Part shown: one piece after another, positions 37,986 through 48,163 of the stretch
How the letters are laid out: every line of letters starts with the position of its first letter
Position numbering within the stretch: the stretch's first letter is position 1
Source: a virus
Reading direction: 5' to 3' (one strand)
IMG/VR virus record: IMGVR_UViG_3300036985_006490
Span: 32,001-96,000 of that record
DNA: 64,000 nucleotides
Translations under genes and position numbers: made by a program
Notes under the pieces: generated by a model
Told to the model about the DNA's origin: nothing
Databases searched by the model: none
The model's input: the letters and a program-made list of their open reading frames with translations, nothing else

Positions 37986-39662
37986 TTAAAAGTCTAATGT
38001 ACGAGGTCCCTCGAGTATTTTATTATCCCAGTTCAAAAAACCATCCTCACCCCAATATGAGTCGGATTCAAAGAATGTTCCATTATAACACTTTTTGGTT
38101 ATTTTTACGGGTTCAAATCTGTCATCGTTTACGTAATATAACATTTTCAAATCCAATTTCAATAGCCAGTGTATCCATTCATCCGATAATTTCCCATTGT
38201 ATTTCCCCAAACTTTGTACTCTACGACACTTGGCCTTATCATCCTCTCGATATAACTGATATTCAATAGTTGCCCTATCTTCAGAATATCTTGAACCCTT
38301 TCTTAAAGATATAATTATATTTGACGGCTTTCCAATATAGGTTTTTACACAATTTGATTGGGCTGAACTCTCTTCATTATATGATATTGAATCATCCAAT
38401 AATACAGGATAATACTCTCCTAATGGTTGTTCCAAATGTTCGTAAGAATAGATAGGATAAATCCTTTCATAGTGACCATTTTTATAGAATGTTAATTTAT
38501 CCGACCAATCCAAATGTTCATTTCTGAAGACATCCACATCATTACTCATCCACCTCAAATCAGTTTCACCATACATTTTTAATTGGGTGTAAATTTCAAT
38601 GTGGTCGATGAATGTATAGGTGTCTAACATTTCCTCAAAATATACTTTCTTGAATAGATTGAATACTCTACGTAGTTCATCTTTACCAATTACATTTACA
38701 AACTCAGCGGGAATATTTCTATCATTGATTTTGAACTCAGAATTCAAAGTTTGTAAAATAAAATCATCATCCTGATTAATCCAATCATCACCGAATAATT
38801 TTCTTGCTATCAAGTACAAGTCCAAGTTAAGTCCTTTGCAACTATGAAGACATTTTTTTAATTTCTTTCCAGTCAATCCATTATGTATCATAAACGTATC
38901 CACCAATCGATTGTCATTCTTTTTGAGTATCTTTCTAAAGATCGGGCCAACTAATTTGGAAGAATACAAAAGGAAATTGTTTGGATACTTAATTCCTTTT
39001 TTGTCTAAATAAAACTTGAATAATCTTTTATCCAGACTAAACTCACTAAACGATCCTCTCCCATCAATCTCATTAACAAATTTTGATAATGCGTCCACAG
39101 CAACCTCTACAGAGTTATGCGAATATGACCATATCTTATCTCTTATAACATATCCAATATTTGATGCCGGTTCGTTTAAGAAATAATTTTTGTTAAGTTT
39201 TTTCCTTACTTTCTTTTTATTTTGATAATTGTGTAGAAATCCTGAATATACATCACCATTTTTGGTGTTAACGGTAATATAGTCCACGTTCCGAACAACT
39301 TTGAACCACTTGTTTCCAACTCTTCTTTCTCTGAACCCATTAAAGACCTTCATAGAGACCTTATCTCCATCACGTTCAACCACAACCATCAAATAAGATT
39401 TGAGTACTCTGGCTAAAGGATTTCCGTAGTGTAAAACAAAATCCTCCTCAACATTAGAAACAAAATTCTCTAAATAAACATCAGATTTTTTTGAATAGTT
39501 TACTTTATCATTTGCGTGAAGTAATTGATTCCAAATATCTGCCTCAGTTTCATCCTCAAAAAAATATTTGTTCTTTGAATGTGGAAATGTAATCGGGACG
39601 GTGTCATGAAACACGACCGTGGTGTAAGATTCATAATTAACTTTGAAAATTTCTTCTTTCAT
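37986..39662 (-). CDS. PcfJ-domain protein
   Basis: EESSAQSNCVKTY..ISLR..RATIEY..VQSLGKYN. Confidence 0.7.
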   Translation of the reverse strand: MKEEIFKVNYESYTTVVFHDTVPITFPHSKNKYFFEDETEADIWNQLLHANDKVNYSKKSDVYLENFVSNVEEDFVLHYGNPLARVLKSYLMVVVERDGDKVSMKVFNGFRERRVGNKWFKVVRNVDYITVNTKNGDVYSGFLHNYQNKKKVRKKLNKNYFLNEPASNIGYVIRDKIWSYSHNSVEVAVDALSKFVNEIDGRGSFSEFSLDKRLFKFYLDKKGIKYPNNFLLYSSKLVGPIFRKILKKNDNRLVDTFMIHNGLTGKKLKKCLHSCKGLNLDLYLIARKLFGDDWINQDDDFILQTLNSEFKINDRNIPAEFVNVIGKDELRRVFNLFKKVYFEEMLDTYTFIDHIEIYTQLKMYGETDLRWMSNDVDVFRNEHLDWSDKLTFYKNGHYERIYPIYSYEHLEQPLGEYYPVLLDDSISYNEESSAQSNCVKTYIGKPSNIIISLRKGSRYSEDRATIEYQLYREDDKAKCRRVQSLGKYNGKLSDEWIHWLLKLDLKMLYYVNDDRFEPVKITKKCYNGTFFESDSYWGEDGFLNWDNKILEGPRTLDF

Positions 39663-39709
39663 ATTTTAATTATAATAAAAAAAATGGGGGATATAAACCC
39701 CCCACTTAA

Positions 39710-40459
39710 TTAACAATAAGACTCTGCCAACTCCCAAAGATTAGTATTAATCTTGTTGATGGATTGGAAGTTTTTCAATTCCTTCATTGAAGTAAATCTT
39801 CCTTTTTCGGATTGGTATCTCAAACCTCCTCGAACAAACTTCTCTTGGATTACGTTGAACGTAGTCCAAACTGAACTTCCCGAATCCTCATGTCTGATAG
39901 GGTGAAGGAAGTCCTCAAATTTGATTTTAGGAACTGATCCTTTTTCCCAACGGATTGAGGTGGCTTTGGTGACAAAGTCAACCACTTTTTCTTCATCCAA
40001 GAATGTGGTCTCCATTTTACCCACAGACCTTTGGATTACTGGCAGTCTTTCCGCAAATTGGTCTGTGATTTGTTTCACTGTTCCCATGTCAAACTTCATG
40101 TGTTTAACAGAAATTTTATCCGAAAGGGATGTTGGTACTGTTAAACCATTAGAACAAACTAATCGATGAAGTCCTGCACTTACTGAGAACGTACTCATTC
40201 CGTTGTGGGAATTTTTGATAATCGCCTCAACCAAAGAATCACCTACCTGTGGAAATTCCACATTACGTAGTCTTAACTCATGCTGAGCGTAAAATCCTCT
40301 ACCATTTTGGTTAGCGGAGAATACTTTCCATCCTTCATTCTCAAAGTTTTCGAGAATATCCATTGTCGGTACAAAAGTGTACTTGTTCGACATTTTTGGA
40401 GATGGAGAGGTGGTGAATACTGAGGGAGCGATTCTCTTGAGGTAGTCTGTCGTTATCAT
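39710..40459 (-). CDS. DUF932/DUF945 family protein
   Basis: SNKYTFVPT, NSHNG, GLHRLVCSNGL, WTTFNVIQE. Confidence 0.85.
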   Translation of the reverse strand: MITTDYLKRIAPSVFTTSPSPKMSNKYTFVPTMDILENFENEGWKVFSANQNGRGFYAQHELRLRNVEFPQVGDSLVEAIIKNSHNGMSTFSVSAGLHRLVCSNGLTVPTSLSDKISVKHMKFDMGTVKQITDQFAERLPVIQRSVGKMETTFLDEEKVVDFVTKATSIRWEKGSVPKIKFEDFLHPIRHEDSGSSVWTTFNVIQEKFVRGGLRYQSEKGRFTSMKELKNFQSINKINTNLWELAESYC

Positions 40460-40511
40460 GTCTTATTGATTTAGAATTCAAAGATATGATAAAAAATTTA
40501 ATTCACCAAAC

Positions 40512-40781
40512 TCAATTCAAAAAAAGATCTCCAAAAATAGTTTTTTGTGTTGCGTTAATTTTAGTTTCTTTAGGATGATTAATTTCTGAACACAAATGTA
40601 GTAATTGCGATTGAGTGAGGCTAACATCCTCGCCCTTTTCATAATTTTTAATCGCGGCTTCTTTGATTTTTATATAAAAAGATTCCTCCCTGTCTTTTGA
40701 CACCAAGTTCAATAAATCATTAGGATTTTCTCTGAAAAACTTAATGACATTGTTCATGTATATTTCTACATCAAGATTCAT
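40512..40781 (-). CDS. hypothetical protein
   Basis: ORF. Confidence 0.6.
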   Translation of the reverse strand: MNLDVEIYMNNVIKFFRENPNDLLNLVSKDREESFYIKIKEAAIKNYEKGEDVSLTQSQLLHLCSEINHPKETKINATQKTIFGDLFLN

Positions 40782-40798
40782 AAAACATCATTTAAGAA

Positions 40799-42124
40799 TT
40801 AACCACCCAAATCCCACATACCAGGTTGCATCTCTTCACCCTTCTCAGTAATTGAACTTGGAATTTTCGCATTAGGACTTTCCTTAAGATTCAAGAACAT
40901 TAGACTTGGTAAATTAGCGATACATTCAGGTACCGTTGTCAACTCAGGATTTTTCATTACCGCCAAGAATTTCAATCTTGGTAAATCACAAACTGATTCT
41001 GGTATACTTTTGAATGAAACATTATCTGTAATAATATGAACCAAATTCTGAAATTTACCAATCTCTTGGGGAAGTTCTATTTTGACACTATCTTTACTGT
41101 CTCTATTTTGTATCGAGAAAGATTCTAATGTATCAGGTAAACTTCCAATCAAGTCATCCAATCCATATAAGGAAATAAATTTACCAACTGCACCAGAAGA
41201 TAAACCATCGACTTTGAACTCTTTCCCTGAAGTACCTGTAAGACCTTTTGCAAACTCAGGTTTGAAGAAATCTTTAAGTTCATTCATAGGTCCATTTAAT
41301 AACTGAACCAAATCCTGTTGACGATCATCCTTATCCATGAATTGATTGGATGGGAAGTGAAACTGATATCTATTTTTGGGTAGACCTGTGGTTGGACTAA
41401 CATCTGTGTCGTTTGGATTGAAGACAACATATAATGGTCCGTCTTTAATGTATCTTTCAAACCAACTAGCTCCTGGCGCCGATGTACACCATCTTGTTTC
41501 TACATTGTTACCACCATAAAAACATGCCGCTTCTTTTCCAACTTGTCCTTTATCTTCAATTTCCACAACTCTCCAATTAGGACCTTCAAATACCAATTTA
41601 GCACCAGGGTGAACTGGCGCAGATTTTCTTTCTGCCTTGGTTGTAGTTGCTAAGGTTAAATCAAAATCCTTAACCGCATCATATAATTGGTCAGCCGTCA
41701 ATTTATTAATGTCTCTCATTTCTTGAGGAAGACGGCCCTTAAATCTCTCAAACTTTTTAAGATCATCAGTTACTTTATATAAGTCTTCCAAGAAAACTTC
41801 TTTAGATCTCTTTACATCTCTTTCGTATGAATAATCACCAAAAGAACTTTCAGTCTTAGGCTGTAAATAATTTTTTATCAACCATGGTACATAACTACCA
41901 GCCTTGATTTTACCTAATTCTTCAGGAGTTGCAGTTTCAACATCTACGTTGTTCAATCTAGTTGTCGGGTCAGCCAAAACTAAATTCAAAAATTCTTTCT
42001 TGGAAAGTTTTGGTTTTGTCTTCTTCCCCTCTTTATCCTCACCAGGTTTGGTTAAAGCATTCAATAATACCTCAAATCTTGACTGTTCAACTATGATTGA
42101 TTTTAATAACGAAGTAAATTTCAT
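40799..42124 (-). CDS. tagged phage protein with TRWCTS domain and C-terminal leucine-rich repeats
   Basis: MKFTSLLKSIIVEQ; LPQEIGKFQNL, IPESVCDLPRL, VPECIANLPSL. Confidence 0.75.
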   Translation of the reverse strand: MKFTSLLKSIIVEQSRFEVLLNALTKPGEDKEGKKTKPKLSKKEFLNLVLADPTTRLNNVDVETATPEELGKIKAGSYVPWLIKNYLQPKTESSFGDYSYERDVKRSKEVFLEDLYKVTDDLKKFERFKGRLPQEMRDINKLTADQLYDAVKDFDLTLATTTKAERKSAPVHPGAKLVFEGPNWRVVEIEDKGQVGKEAACFYGGNNVETRWCTSAPGASWFERYIKDGPLYVVFNPNDTDVSPTTGLPKNRYQFHFPSNQFMDKDDRQQDLVQLLNGPMNELKDFFKPEFAKGLTGTSGKEFKVDGLSSGAVGKFISLYGLDDLIGSLPDTLESFSIQNRDSKDSVKIELPQEIGKFQNLVHIITDNVSFKSIPESVCDLPRLKFLAVMKNPELTTVPECIANLPSLMFLNLKESPNAKIPSSITEKGEEMQPGMWDLGG

Positions 42125-42168
42125 CTATTTTTAATTTATTAATAAATATATTGTTATTACAAAAATAA

Positions 42169-43008
42169 TTAATAATTCAATATTAACAGCTCTTCTCCCA
42201 TATTTTGTTTTATACCCTTCTTAGCCGCGGCTGCCTTCGCAAATTCTTTTTTCTCCCATCGGAAACTATCTTCAGGAAACCATTTGTGTAACAACTCAAA
42301 ATCATAATAAGATAAACTAAATTTTCCTTGAACCTTGTTCAACACATTTGCCAATCTCTCATGGTCTTCCCTGTCGAAGTCGTGATTACTATAATAGTTT
42401 TCAGTCTTCCAATAAGGAGGATCCATATAGATGTAGGTTGTCGGAGAATCATACTTCTCAATCACATCTTGAAAGTCTAAATTTTCAACATGAGTGATTT
42501 TTGTGAAATGTTCAACCCAATTAGGTTTACTCAATTTATCTCTAAAAGCAAGATACTTTGACCTATACTTTCCTTTAAGGTCTATAAAGCTTGATGTCTC
42601 AGGTTTACTTCCACTAAATACTTGTGATAACACATAGACATACTTTGCTGCTGTAACATAGTCAGGATATTCAACCTTAAATCCCTCTCCAAATATTTCA
42701 CTTTGGAAACTTACAAATTTTTCTTTCAGCTCTTGTGAAGCATTATCCACACCGACTTGTTGGACTTCAATTTCATCCATTACACGTTGAAGTTCGGATG
42801 GGTTTTGAACACACTTGAATAAATTGTAATTTAATGGATTAAAGTCATTGTAAACGACTTTCTTAAGGTTTGGATACTTCTCCAAGTCCATATTAAAAAA
42901 ACACCAGAACATACCTGAAAATGGTTCTACGTACGTTTCCATGTCTGTGGGATAAAATGGAACAATCCATTTACCTATTTTTGATTTACCTCCAATATAA
43001 CTTATCAT
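42169..43008 (-). CDS. DNA adenine methyltransferase, Dam/D12 alpha class
   Basis: YIGGKS, YVEPFSG, VYND, YMDPPY, ELLILNY. Confidence 0.92.
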   Translation of the reverse strand: MISYIGGKSKIGKWIVPFYPTDMETYVEPFSGMFWCFFNMDLEKYPNLKKVVYNDFNPLNYNLFKCVQNPSELQRVMDEIEVQQVGVDNASQELKEKFVSFQSEIFGEGFKVEYPDYVTAAKYVYVLSQVFSGSKPETSSFIDLKGKYRSKYLAFRDKLSKPNWVEHFTKITHVENLDFQDVIEKYDSPTTYIYMDPPYWKTENYYSNHDFDREDHERLANVLNKVQGKFSLSYYDFELLHKWFPEDSFRWEKKEFAKAAAAKKGIKQNMGEELLILNY

Positions 43009-43043
43009 GAAACAATGATAATAAAAAAATTCAACAAAGGCAA

Positions 43044-43217
43044 TTACTTATAACAATTTTTGTATGGACGACATGAAGCTTTCTGAGTGAATCCCATTTC
43101 ATCACACGGAGTAGATTCACAATAGGATTTACTATACTTACGAGGTTTTTTATATTTCCCCTGTTCCTTTTCATCAAGGTACATATAAAGAATTCTACGA
43201 ATTTGTTCACTTAACAT
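43044..43217 (-). CDS. 57-aa Cys-containing tagged protein
   Basis: MLSEQIRRIL...YCESTPCDEMGFTQKASCRPYKNCYK; below ORF-track cutoff. Confidence 0.6.
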   Translation of the reverse strand: MLSEQIRRILYMYLDEKEQGKYKKPRKYSKSYCESTPCDEMGFTQKASCRPYKNCYK

Positions 43218-43227
43218 ACTTATAATT

Positions 43228-43368
43228 ATGGCCGAATGTAAAAAATGTAATCAAAAACCAACCAGCAAGACCCAATATTTTACAATTATCGTTGGAGTTT
43301 ATCTATTAGTTTCCTCAGTTTACGGTACAATTAAAATATTAGAATCTATTTTTGAATTATTTAAGTAG
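43228..43368 (+). CDS. 46-aa membrane peptide with CxxC
   Basis: MAECKKC...[19 protein letters not shown]; below cutoff. Confidence 0.55.
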   Translation: MAECKKCNQKPTSKTQYFTIIVGVYLLVSSVYGTIKILESIFELFK

Positions 43369-44278
43369 TCTTCTCAAATTTGACGTTCAATTTTAGATAC
43401 ATGTCACCACCATTATAACCCTTCCCTCTTAATCTCAAAGGTTTAGACGAATCAAATATCTTTGGTGAATCTATTCTTAACTCGCCATCGGGATGTGGAA
43501 TATTATATTTATCTTTTTTCAGGTCTTCTAAATTAAAAAACAAATTGTAAATTAAATCATTATTGAATTTCTCGAACCCATCTTTTGGTACAAGCTCAAT
43601 TTGAATCACTAAATCCCCATACTCCCCATTCTTAAAATCACCCGCTCTTTCTACTTTTAGATACTGTCCACTATCAACACCTTTGGGTATCATAATCCTT
43701 AAGTCCGCGGCGTTCTGTTTGGTACCTCTACCATCACACCCATAACATCTATGAACCAAAGTATATCCTCGACCTCCACACGTTGGACATGCTGACCTAA
43801 TTTGTTGGCTCATGAATCCAGTTCCCATAGTTTTAATAAAAACCCCTTGCCCATTACAAGAACCGCAGACTTGTTGTTCACCACCTGACCCACTACATAC
43901 ATTACAATGAGTATCTTTCATGTATTGGATAGTCTTCTCATCACCTTTGTAGGATTCAATAGGACTAATTTGTACCTTTACAATCTTATCGGGGGCACTT
44001 TTCCTTTTGGGTTGTTGAACCCCTCCACCACCAAACATTTGTGAGAACATTTGTTCATAAGCAGTACCTTGGAACGGGTTACTACCTCTGTTATCATATT
44101 GAGATCGTTTTTCAGGGTTACTAAGGGTCTCATAAGCCTCAGCAATTTCTTTGAACATCTCCTCCCCTTGAGGGTTTTTATCTGGATGGTATTGAGATGC
44201 GAGTTTCCTATAGGACTTTTTTATTTCGTCCTGAGAGGCTTTCTCTTCAACTTCTAAAATTTTATAGTAATCTTTCAT
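43361..44278 (-). CDS. dnaJ: DnaJ chaperone
   Basis: KDYYKIL, YHPDKN, four CxxCxGxG, C-terminal domain. Confidence 0.92.
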   Translation of the reverse strand: MKDYYKILEVEEKASQDEIKKSYRKLASQYHPDKNPQGEEMFKEIAEAYETLSNPEKRSQYDNRGSNPFQGTAYEQMFSQMFGGGGVQQPKRKSAPDKIVKVQISPIESYKGDEKTIQYMKDTHCNVCSGSGGEQQVCGSCNGQGVFIKTMGTGFMSQQIRSACPTCGGRGYTLVHRCYGCDGRGTKQNAADLRIMIPKGVDSGQYLKVERAGDFKNGEYGDLVIQIELVPKDGFEKFNNDLIYNLFFNLEDLKKDKYNIPHPDGELRIDSPKIFDSSKPLRLRGKGYNGGDMYLKLNVKFEKTT

Positions 44279-44280
44279 AT

Positions 44281-44925
44281 ATGGAGAACTACATGGTAGT
44301 CTTATTTAAGAATAAAAAAAAGAAAAAAATTATAAATAAATTTATAACATTCTCCCGTGCTAAACAATTTTATGATAAATTAATCAAAGAATCAAACGAA
44401 GTATTGTTTGATGTTAAAGTTGAAGGTGGTAAAGAATGTAGGTATGAATTGGGTATTATAGAAATGAGTGCAAAACAACTAATACCAGTTTATATGACCG
44501 ATGAGTTTGGAAGAAATATTAAAGTTAAATTGGATGAAGATGGAATGACTCTGTTCAAGATTGATTCATATAAAAAAGAAGAAACCATTTATGATATTAA
44601 AGAACAGAAAAAGATTACAACACAAACTTTAATTAAAAAATATTTGAAGGGTGATGGTCTAAAAATGATTTCAGTCCTTAATAATAAAATTGTCCTTCAA
44701 GAAGATGAAAAGATTCACCTCTTTACATTAAAGTCAGAGAGTGAATCTTCAAGGTTTGCTGATAGTTTGTCCTCACATTTTTTCAAAATAAAAAGAGGAG
44801 ATTGTTTGTTTGTCAAAGACTATTCAATAGCGCAAAGGAAATCTTTATATCAGTTGTTAGAGTCTTCAGGTATTGACAAAAAAATCCTTTATAGAAAATT
44901 TACGACGTTACCTCCGTCAAAATAA
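44281..44925 (+). CDS. hypothetical protein
   Basis: first ATG not overlapping dnaJ. Confidence 0.65.
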   Translation: MENYMVVLFKNKKKKKIINKFITFSRAKQFYDKLIKESNEVLFDVKVEGGKECRYELGIIEMSAKQLIPVYMTDEFGRNIKVKLDEDGMTLFKIDSYKKEETIYDIKEQKKITTQTLIKKYLKGDGLKMISVLNNKIVLQEDEKIHLFTLKSESESSRFADSLSSHFFKIKRGDCLFVKDYSIAQRKSLYQLLESSGIDKKILYRKFTTLPPSK

Positions 44926-45130
44926 AATGAAAATCCGTACCTGAAATATCAATGGAGAATTGTTTGTGATGTCTATCCACTTCTCTGAAGTGGTTAATGA
45001 CACTATTGTATTCTCCTTTTGGTAACTCAAAAACAATTGTCGCCTTACCACTGAAAATAGTTTGACAGGATTCAGCAATTAACGCCAACTTTTCTAATTC
45101 CCCAAAATTAATATCTTTATCTTCTGCCAT
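44900..45130 (-). CDS. hypothetical protein
   Basis: ORF in operon. Confidence 0.55.
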   Translation of the reverse strand: MAEDKDINFGELEKLALIAESCQTIFSGKATIVFELPKGEYNSVINHFREVDRHHKQFSIDISGTDFHFILTEVTS

Positions 45131-45288
45131 AATGTTAGTTTTTTAGGTATTACAAATAATTCTTCTTTTTTGATATTTCGGATCTCTTCGATATATTTTC
45201 TTTTTGTATTTTCGATGTCCTTACTATCTTTTAGTTTTTCACTTTCCAACCAATTCAGTATCGATTGGTCCCTGTTCGTCTTGCTCAT
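45094..45288 (-). CDS. hypothetical protein
   Basis: ORF in operon. Confidence 0.5.
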   Translation of the reverse strand: MSKTNRDQSILNWLESEKLKDSKDIENTKRKYIEEIRNIKKEELFVIPKKLTLWQKIKILILGN

Positions 45289-45712
45289 AGTCTAAATCAT
45301 TATCAGTATCATCTAAATCAACATTTAACTCAGGTGTTTCATCCTCTTCTTCAAAATAAAAATTTAGATTTTTGAGTTTATCTAAATCAGTTTTTTCAAA
45401 AGTGCTCTTCAATTGTTCTACGGTTTCTTTGAACAGTCTTTCCTTTAATTCTTTTTCTTTATTCAGTTTAATGATTTTAGCGATTTTGGCTAAACTTTTA
45501 GAAACTTCTGAATCATCGATTGGTGAAACAAATGAAATACCTTTTAAATTTTGATTTTCAGCCTCGAACCCAACAATTTGACCTTCCTCAACAAGATTTC
45601 TGGGAAGTGACCATTTACTGGGGAAAACCATATCAAAACTGAGATAGTTTTTTAGTTTCCTAATTGAATGTATATACTCGACAAATGGACTTAATTCTGT
45701 GTAAAAACTCAT
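45239..45712 (-). CDS. hypothetical protein
   Basis: ORF in operon. Confidence 0.65.
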   Translation of the reverse strand: MSFYTELSPFVEYIHSIRKLKNYLSFDMVFPSKWSLPRNLVEEGQIVGFEAENQNLKGISFVSPIDDSEVSKSLAKIAKIIKLNKEKELKERLFKETVEQLKSTFEKTDLDKLKNLNFYFEEEDETPELNVDLDDTDNDLDYEQDEQGPIDTELVGK

Positions 45713-45897
45713 GATACGTATATGTAGGTGATGATATAGCTTATTGATAAACCTAAAATTATAAGTTCCCTGTTAGTATAAACCAATGGTTTTGGATTCT
45801 TTTCTAACAGGGCCCTCACAATTTTTAGTCCGTGTCTTAATGACACTAATATTGTTAACACAAATATAAACAAATATATTGTATTAATATTATGCAT
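45709..45897 (-). CDS. small two-TM membrane protein
   Basis: hydrophobic segments; start at MHNIN. Confidence 0.55.
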   Translation of the reverse strand: MHNINTIYLFIFVLTILVSLRHGLKIVRALLEKNPKPLVYTNRELIILGLSISYIITYIYVS

Positions 45898-46072
45898 TTT
45901 TATCTGCTTTGCTGTGTTCAAGAACTTCAGTTCTAAATTCTTGAAGTAATGATTTTAATTCTTGTGCAGATTTTCTTGCACGGGTACCCGCACTTTTATT
46001 ACCTTTATAGAATTTAGTTGCATCAACTGATAATAACTCAGTAAGTTCTTTAATTTTTTCTAATGTTTCCAT
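45890..46072 (-). CDS. histone H1-like Hc1 family protein (short Bacteroidota type)
   Basis: KGNKSAGTRARK..QELK..LQEFR. Confidence 0.8.
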   Translation of the reverse strand: METLEKIKELTELLSVDATKFYKGNKSAGTRARKSAQELKSLLQEFRTEVLEHSKADKNA

Positions 46073-46153
46073 TTCTAATTTAATTAATGTTTATTGTTTA
46101 TGTTCATAAAAATAACTTTTTTTACTCCTGTGTAAATAGAGTATGGTTTTTTT

Positions 46154-46630
46154 CTACTTAACATTTTTTTCCATCATCTTATAAATCTCAGTAATCATGT
46201 CTAAATCTGATTTACTAAATGGTTTAGATATGTTGAATATCTCATTAAGAAATACTGGCACAGAGTCTTTAACATTCTTCTGAGTTTGATGGTAAAATGT
46301 GTCCATATAAAATGACTTCAAATAGTTTTTGTGCTCCCCATCTATTGTGATAGTAATATTTTCTTTCTGAAAATTTTCAACCATCTTGCCCCAACACCAA
46401 TCGAAGTGAGATTTTTTATCATCGGGAGACATAACTATTTTAGTTTCGGGTGAATCCCCATTTGAATCACCCATGTAGGTGTCAGTAATAACATAGTGTA
46501 ATGATTTGAATATATCTCCGTATAATTCAATTTTCTCATAAATCATGTTGTGTACATTGAACCATGTAACCACCTCATCATTCGGAAGTGGTTTGGCTAT
46601 CCAATTAAAAAAATTCTCCATAGAGTTCAT
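46154..46630 (-). CDS. hypothetical protein
   Basis: ORF. Confidence 0.65.
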   Translation of the reverse strand: MNSMENFFNWIAKPLPNDEVVTWFNVHNMIYEKIELYGDIFKSLHYVITDTYMGDSNGDSPETKIVMSPDDKKSHFDWCWGKMVENFQKENITITIDGEHKNYLKSFYMDTFYHQTQKNVKDSVPVFLNEIFNISKPFSKSDLDMITEIYKMMEKNVK

Positions 46631-46669
46631 CTATGGAGAATATAATATAAATCTAATAAATGTGAATTT

Positions 46670-48136
46670 TTATTGTGTTTTTCTGTTGTAACCAATAAGA
46701 TTTTTCATCTTATTCATTTCTTCAGAGATAACTTTTGACTTTTTATCTTCAGTTGATTCTAAGGTGTTAAGTATTTTAGTTGCCTTATTAATTGAACTTG
46801 ATTTGTCAGCTCCTTGTTTAGACTTTAAAGAACCTTTTGATTTACCTTCACCTTCAACCTCAACAGGTTGTGATTGTCTCTTATAAGATGCTTTCATTTG
46901 TTCAGCGCCATATAAGTTTTCATCGTAATTCTTTTTAAATCTTTCTCCAACTTCTCCACTTCTTTTTGATACATTACCTAAAGCTTTACCATCTTTATCT
47001 GTAACTGCATTTCCTGTAGTTACATCACCTTTTAATTGCTTGTCAATTCTCTTATCATCAGGTTTGATTTCATCATAAACTAAGTTTGTCATACCAGGGT
47101 AAGCAAACGCCTCAATGTATTCTTCAACTGCGTCAGATGGATGGTATTTCATTTCGTTGTGTTCTTTTTCCATATCATAATTACTTTGAGGGAAGTCGTC
47201 AGGATTTTCATCATATCCGTTACTACCTGAGAACATATCCTTCATATAATCCTTCATTTTCTCAACAACCTCTTTTGCGTAATCATCATTTTCTTTCTTA
47301 TTCTTACCAAGAACATCTTGAGTCTTCTTAAGACCTACAGGACTTTTTTTGCTAATGTTTTCTTTCTCAGCAATATCCTTAACTTTTTGTTCCAAAACAA
47401 TTTGTTCAATCATATCAATTAGTTCGTCCTCAGTAAGTCTCAAAGATGACTTTCTACTTTCTTTCCGTACATTATATGTTTTTCCATTAACCTTAAAGGT
47501 TTTATCTCCATCCTCCCTTGCGTCATCTAAAGCTCCTGAAAATGCATTTCCTTCTTCAGTCTCAGCTTCTTCCATATCTCTTGGAGTTCTAACTCTAAAT
47601 GGTTTCCCGAACCTTTCTTTATACATGTCAAAGAATTTTCTACCCTCTTTACCTGGTGCGAATAATCTTTGCTTCCCTCCATACTTAGAATCAAATGAAT
47701 CGAAATCGTCAAACTCTTCTTCATCATAGTCAAAGTCAAAATCTCCAGTATATTGTCTTTCGTCTTCGTCATAAAATCCGTGGTCATCATCAAATGAACC
47801 CATCATTTTTGGTTTACGAGTTACATGAAAGTTATCTCTACCCATTTCCATTTCTTCATCTTCAGAATCATCCCCATCAACATCGAAGTAAAACTCATCA
47901 ACTTCTTTTTTATTTGTTTTCTTATCTCTAAGTTTTTTGAAATCCGCCGCTGTGATTTTACCTTTTGGTTCGGCAACATCAATCTTTTTTTGACCACCTT
48001 TAAGTTGTTCTCCAACTTCAATTTCAGTCCACTCTCCTTCTTCTAACTGTTCAGAAATTTGTTTTGCTTTATTTTCAATTTCCTCGTTTAATATTTTGGA
48101 AACTAATTTGTCTATGTCAATTTTGAAATTACTCAT
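46670..48136 (-). CDS. acidic multi-module phage protein, probable virion-associated
   Basis: KILNEE, internal LRLTEDEL..IVLEQ, QKKIDV..GKITAADF, C-terminal ISEEMNKMKNL; TATTTAT upstream. Confidence 0.65.
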   Translation of the reverse strand: MSNFKIDIDKLVSKILNEEIENKAKQISEQLEEGEWTEIEVGEQLKGGQKKIDVAEPKGKITAADFKKLRDKKTNKKEVDEFYFDVDGDDSEDEEMEMGRDNFHVTRKPKMMGSFDDDHGFYDEDERQYTGDFDFDYDEEEFDDFDSFDSKYGGKQRLFAPGKEGRKFFDMYKERFGKPFRVRTPRDMEEAETEEGNAFSGALDDAREDGDKTFKVNGKTYNVRKESRKSSLRLTEDELIDMIEQIVLEQKVKDIAEKENISKKSPVGLKKTQDVLGKNKKENDDYAKEVVEKMKDYMKDMFSGSNGYDENPDDFPQSNYDMEKEHNEMKYHPSDAVEEYIEAFAYPGMTNLVYDEIKPDDKRIDKQLKGDVTTGNAVTDKDGKALGNVSKRSGEVGERFKKNYDENLYGAEQMKASYKRQSQPVEVEGEGKSKGSLKSKQGADKSSSINKATKILNTLESTEDKKSKVISEEMNKMKNLIGYNRKTQ

Positions 48137-48163
48137 TGTTTTTATTTTTTATAATAAATATCT

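Noticed and set aside
581-48160. T4 late promoter TATAAATA
   Set aside because: The matching heptamer lies on the template strand of the adjacent genes; the sense-strand motif is TATTTAT
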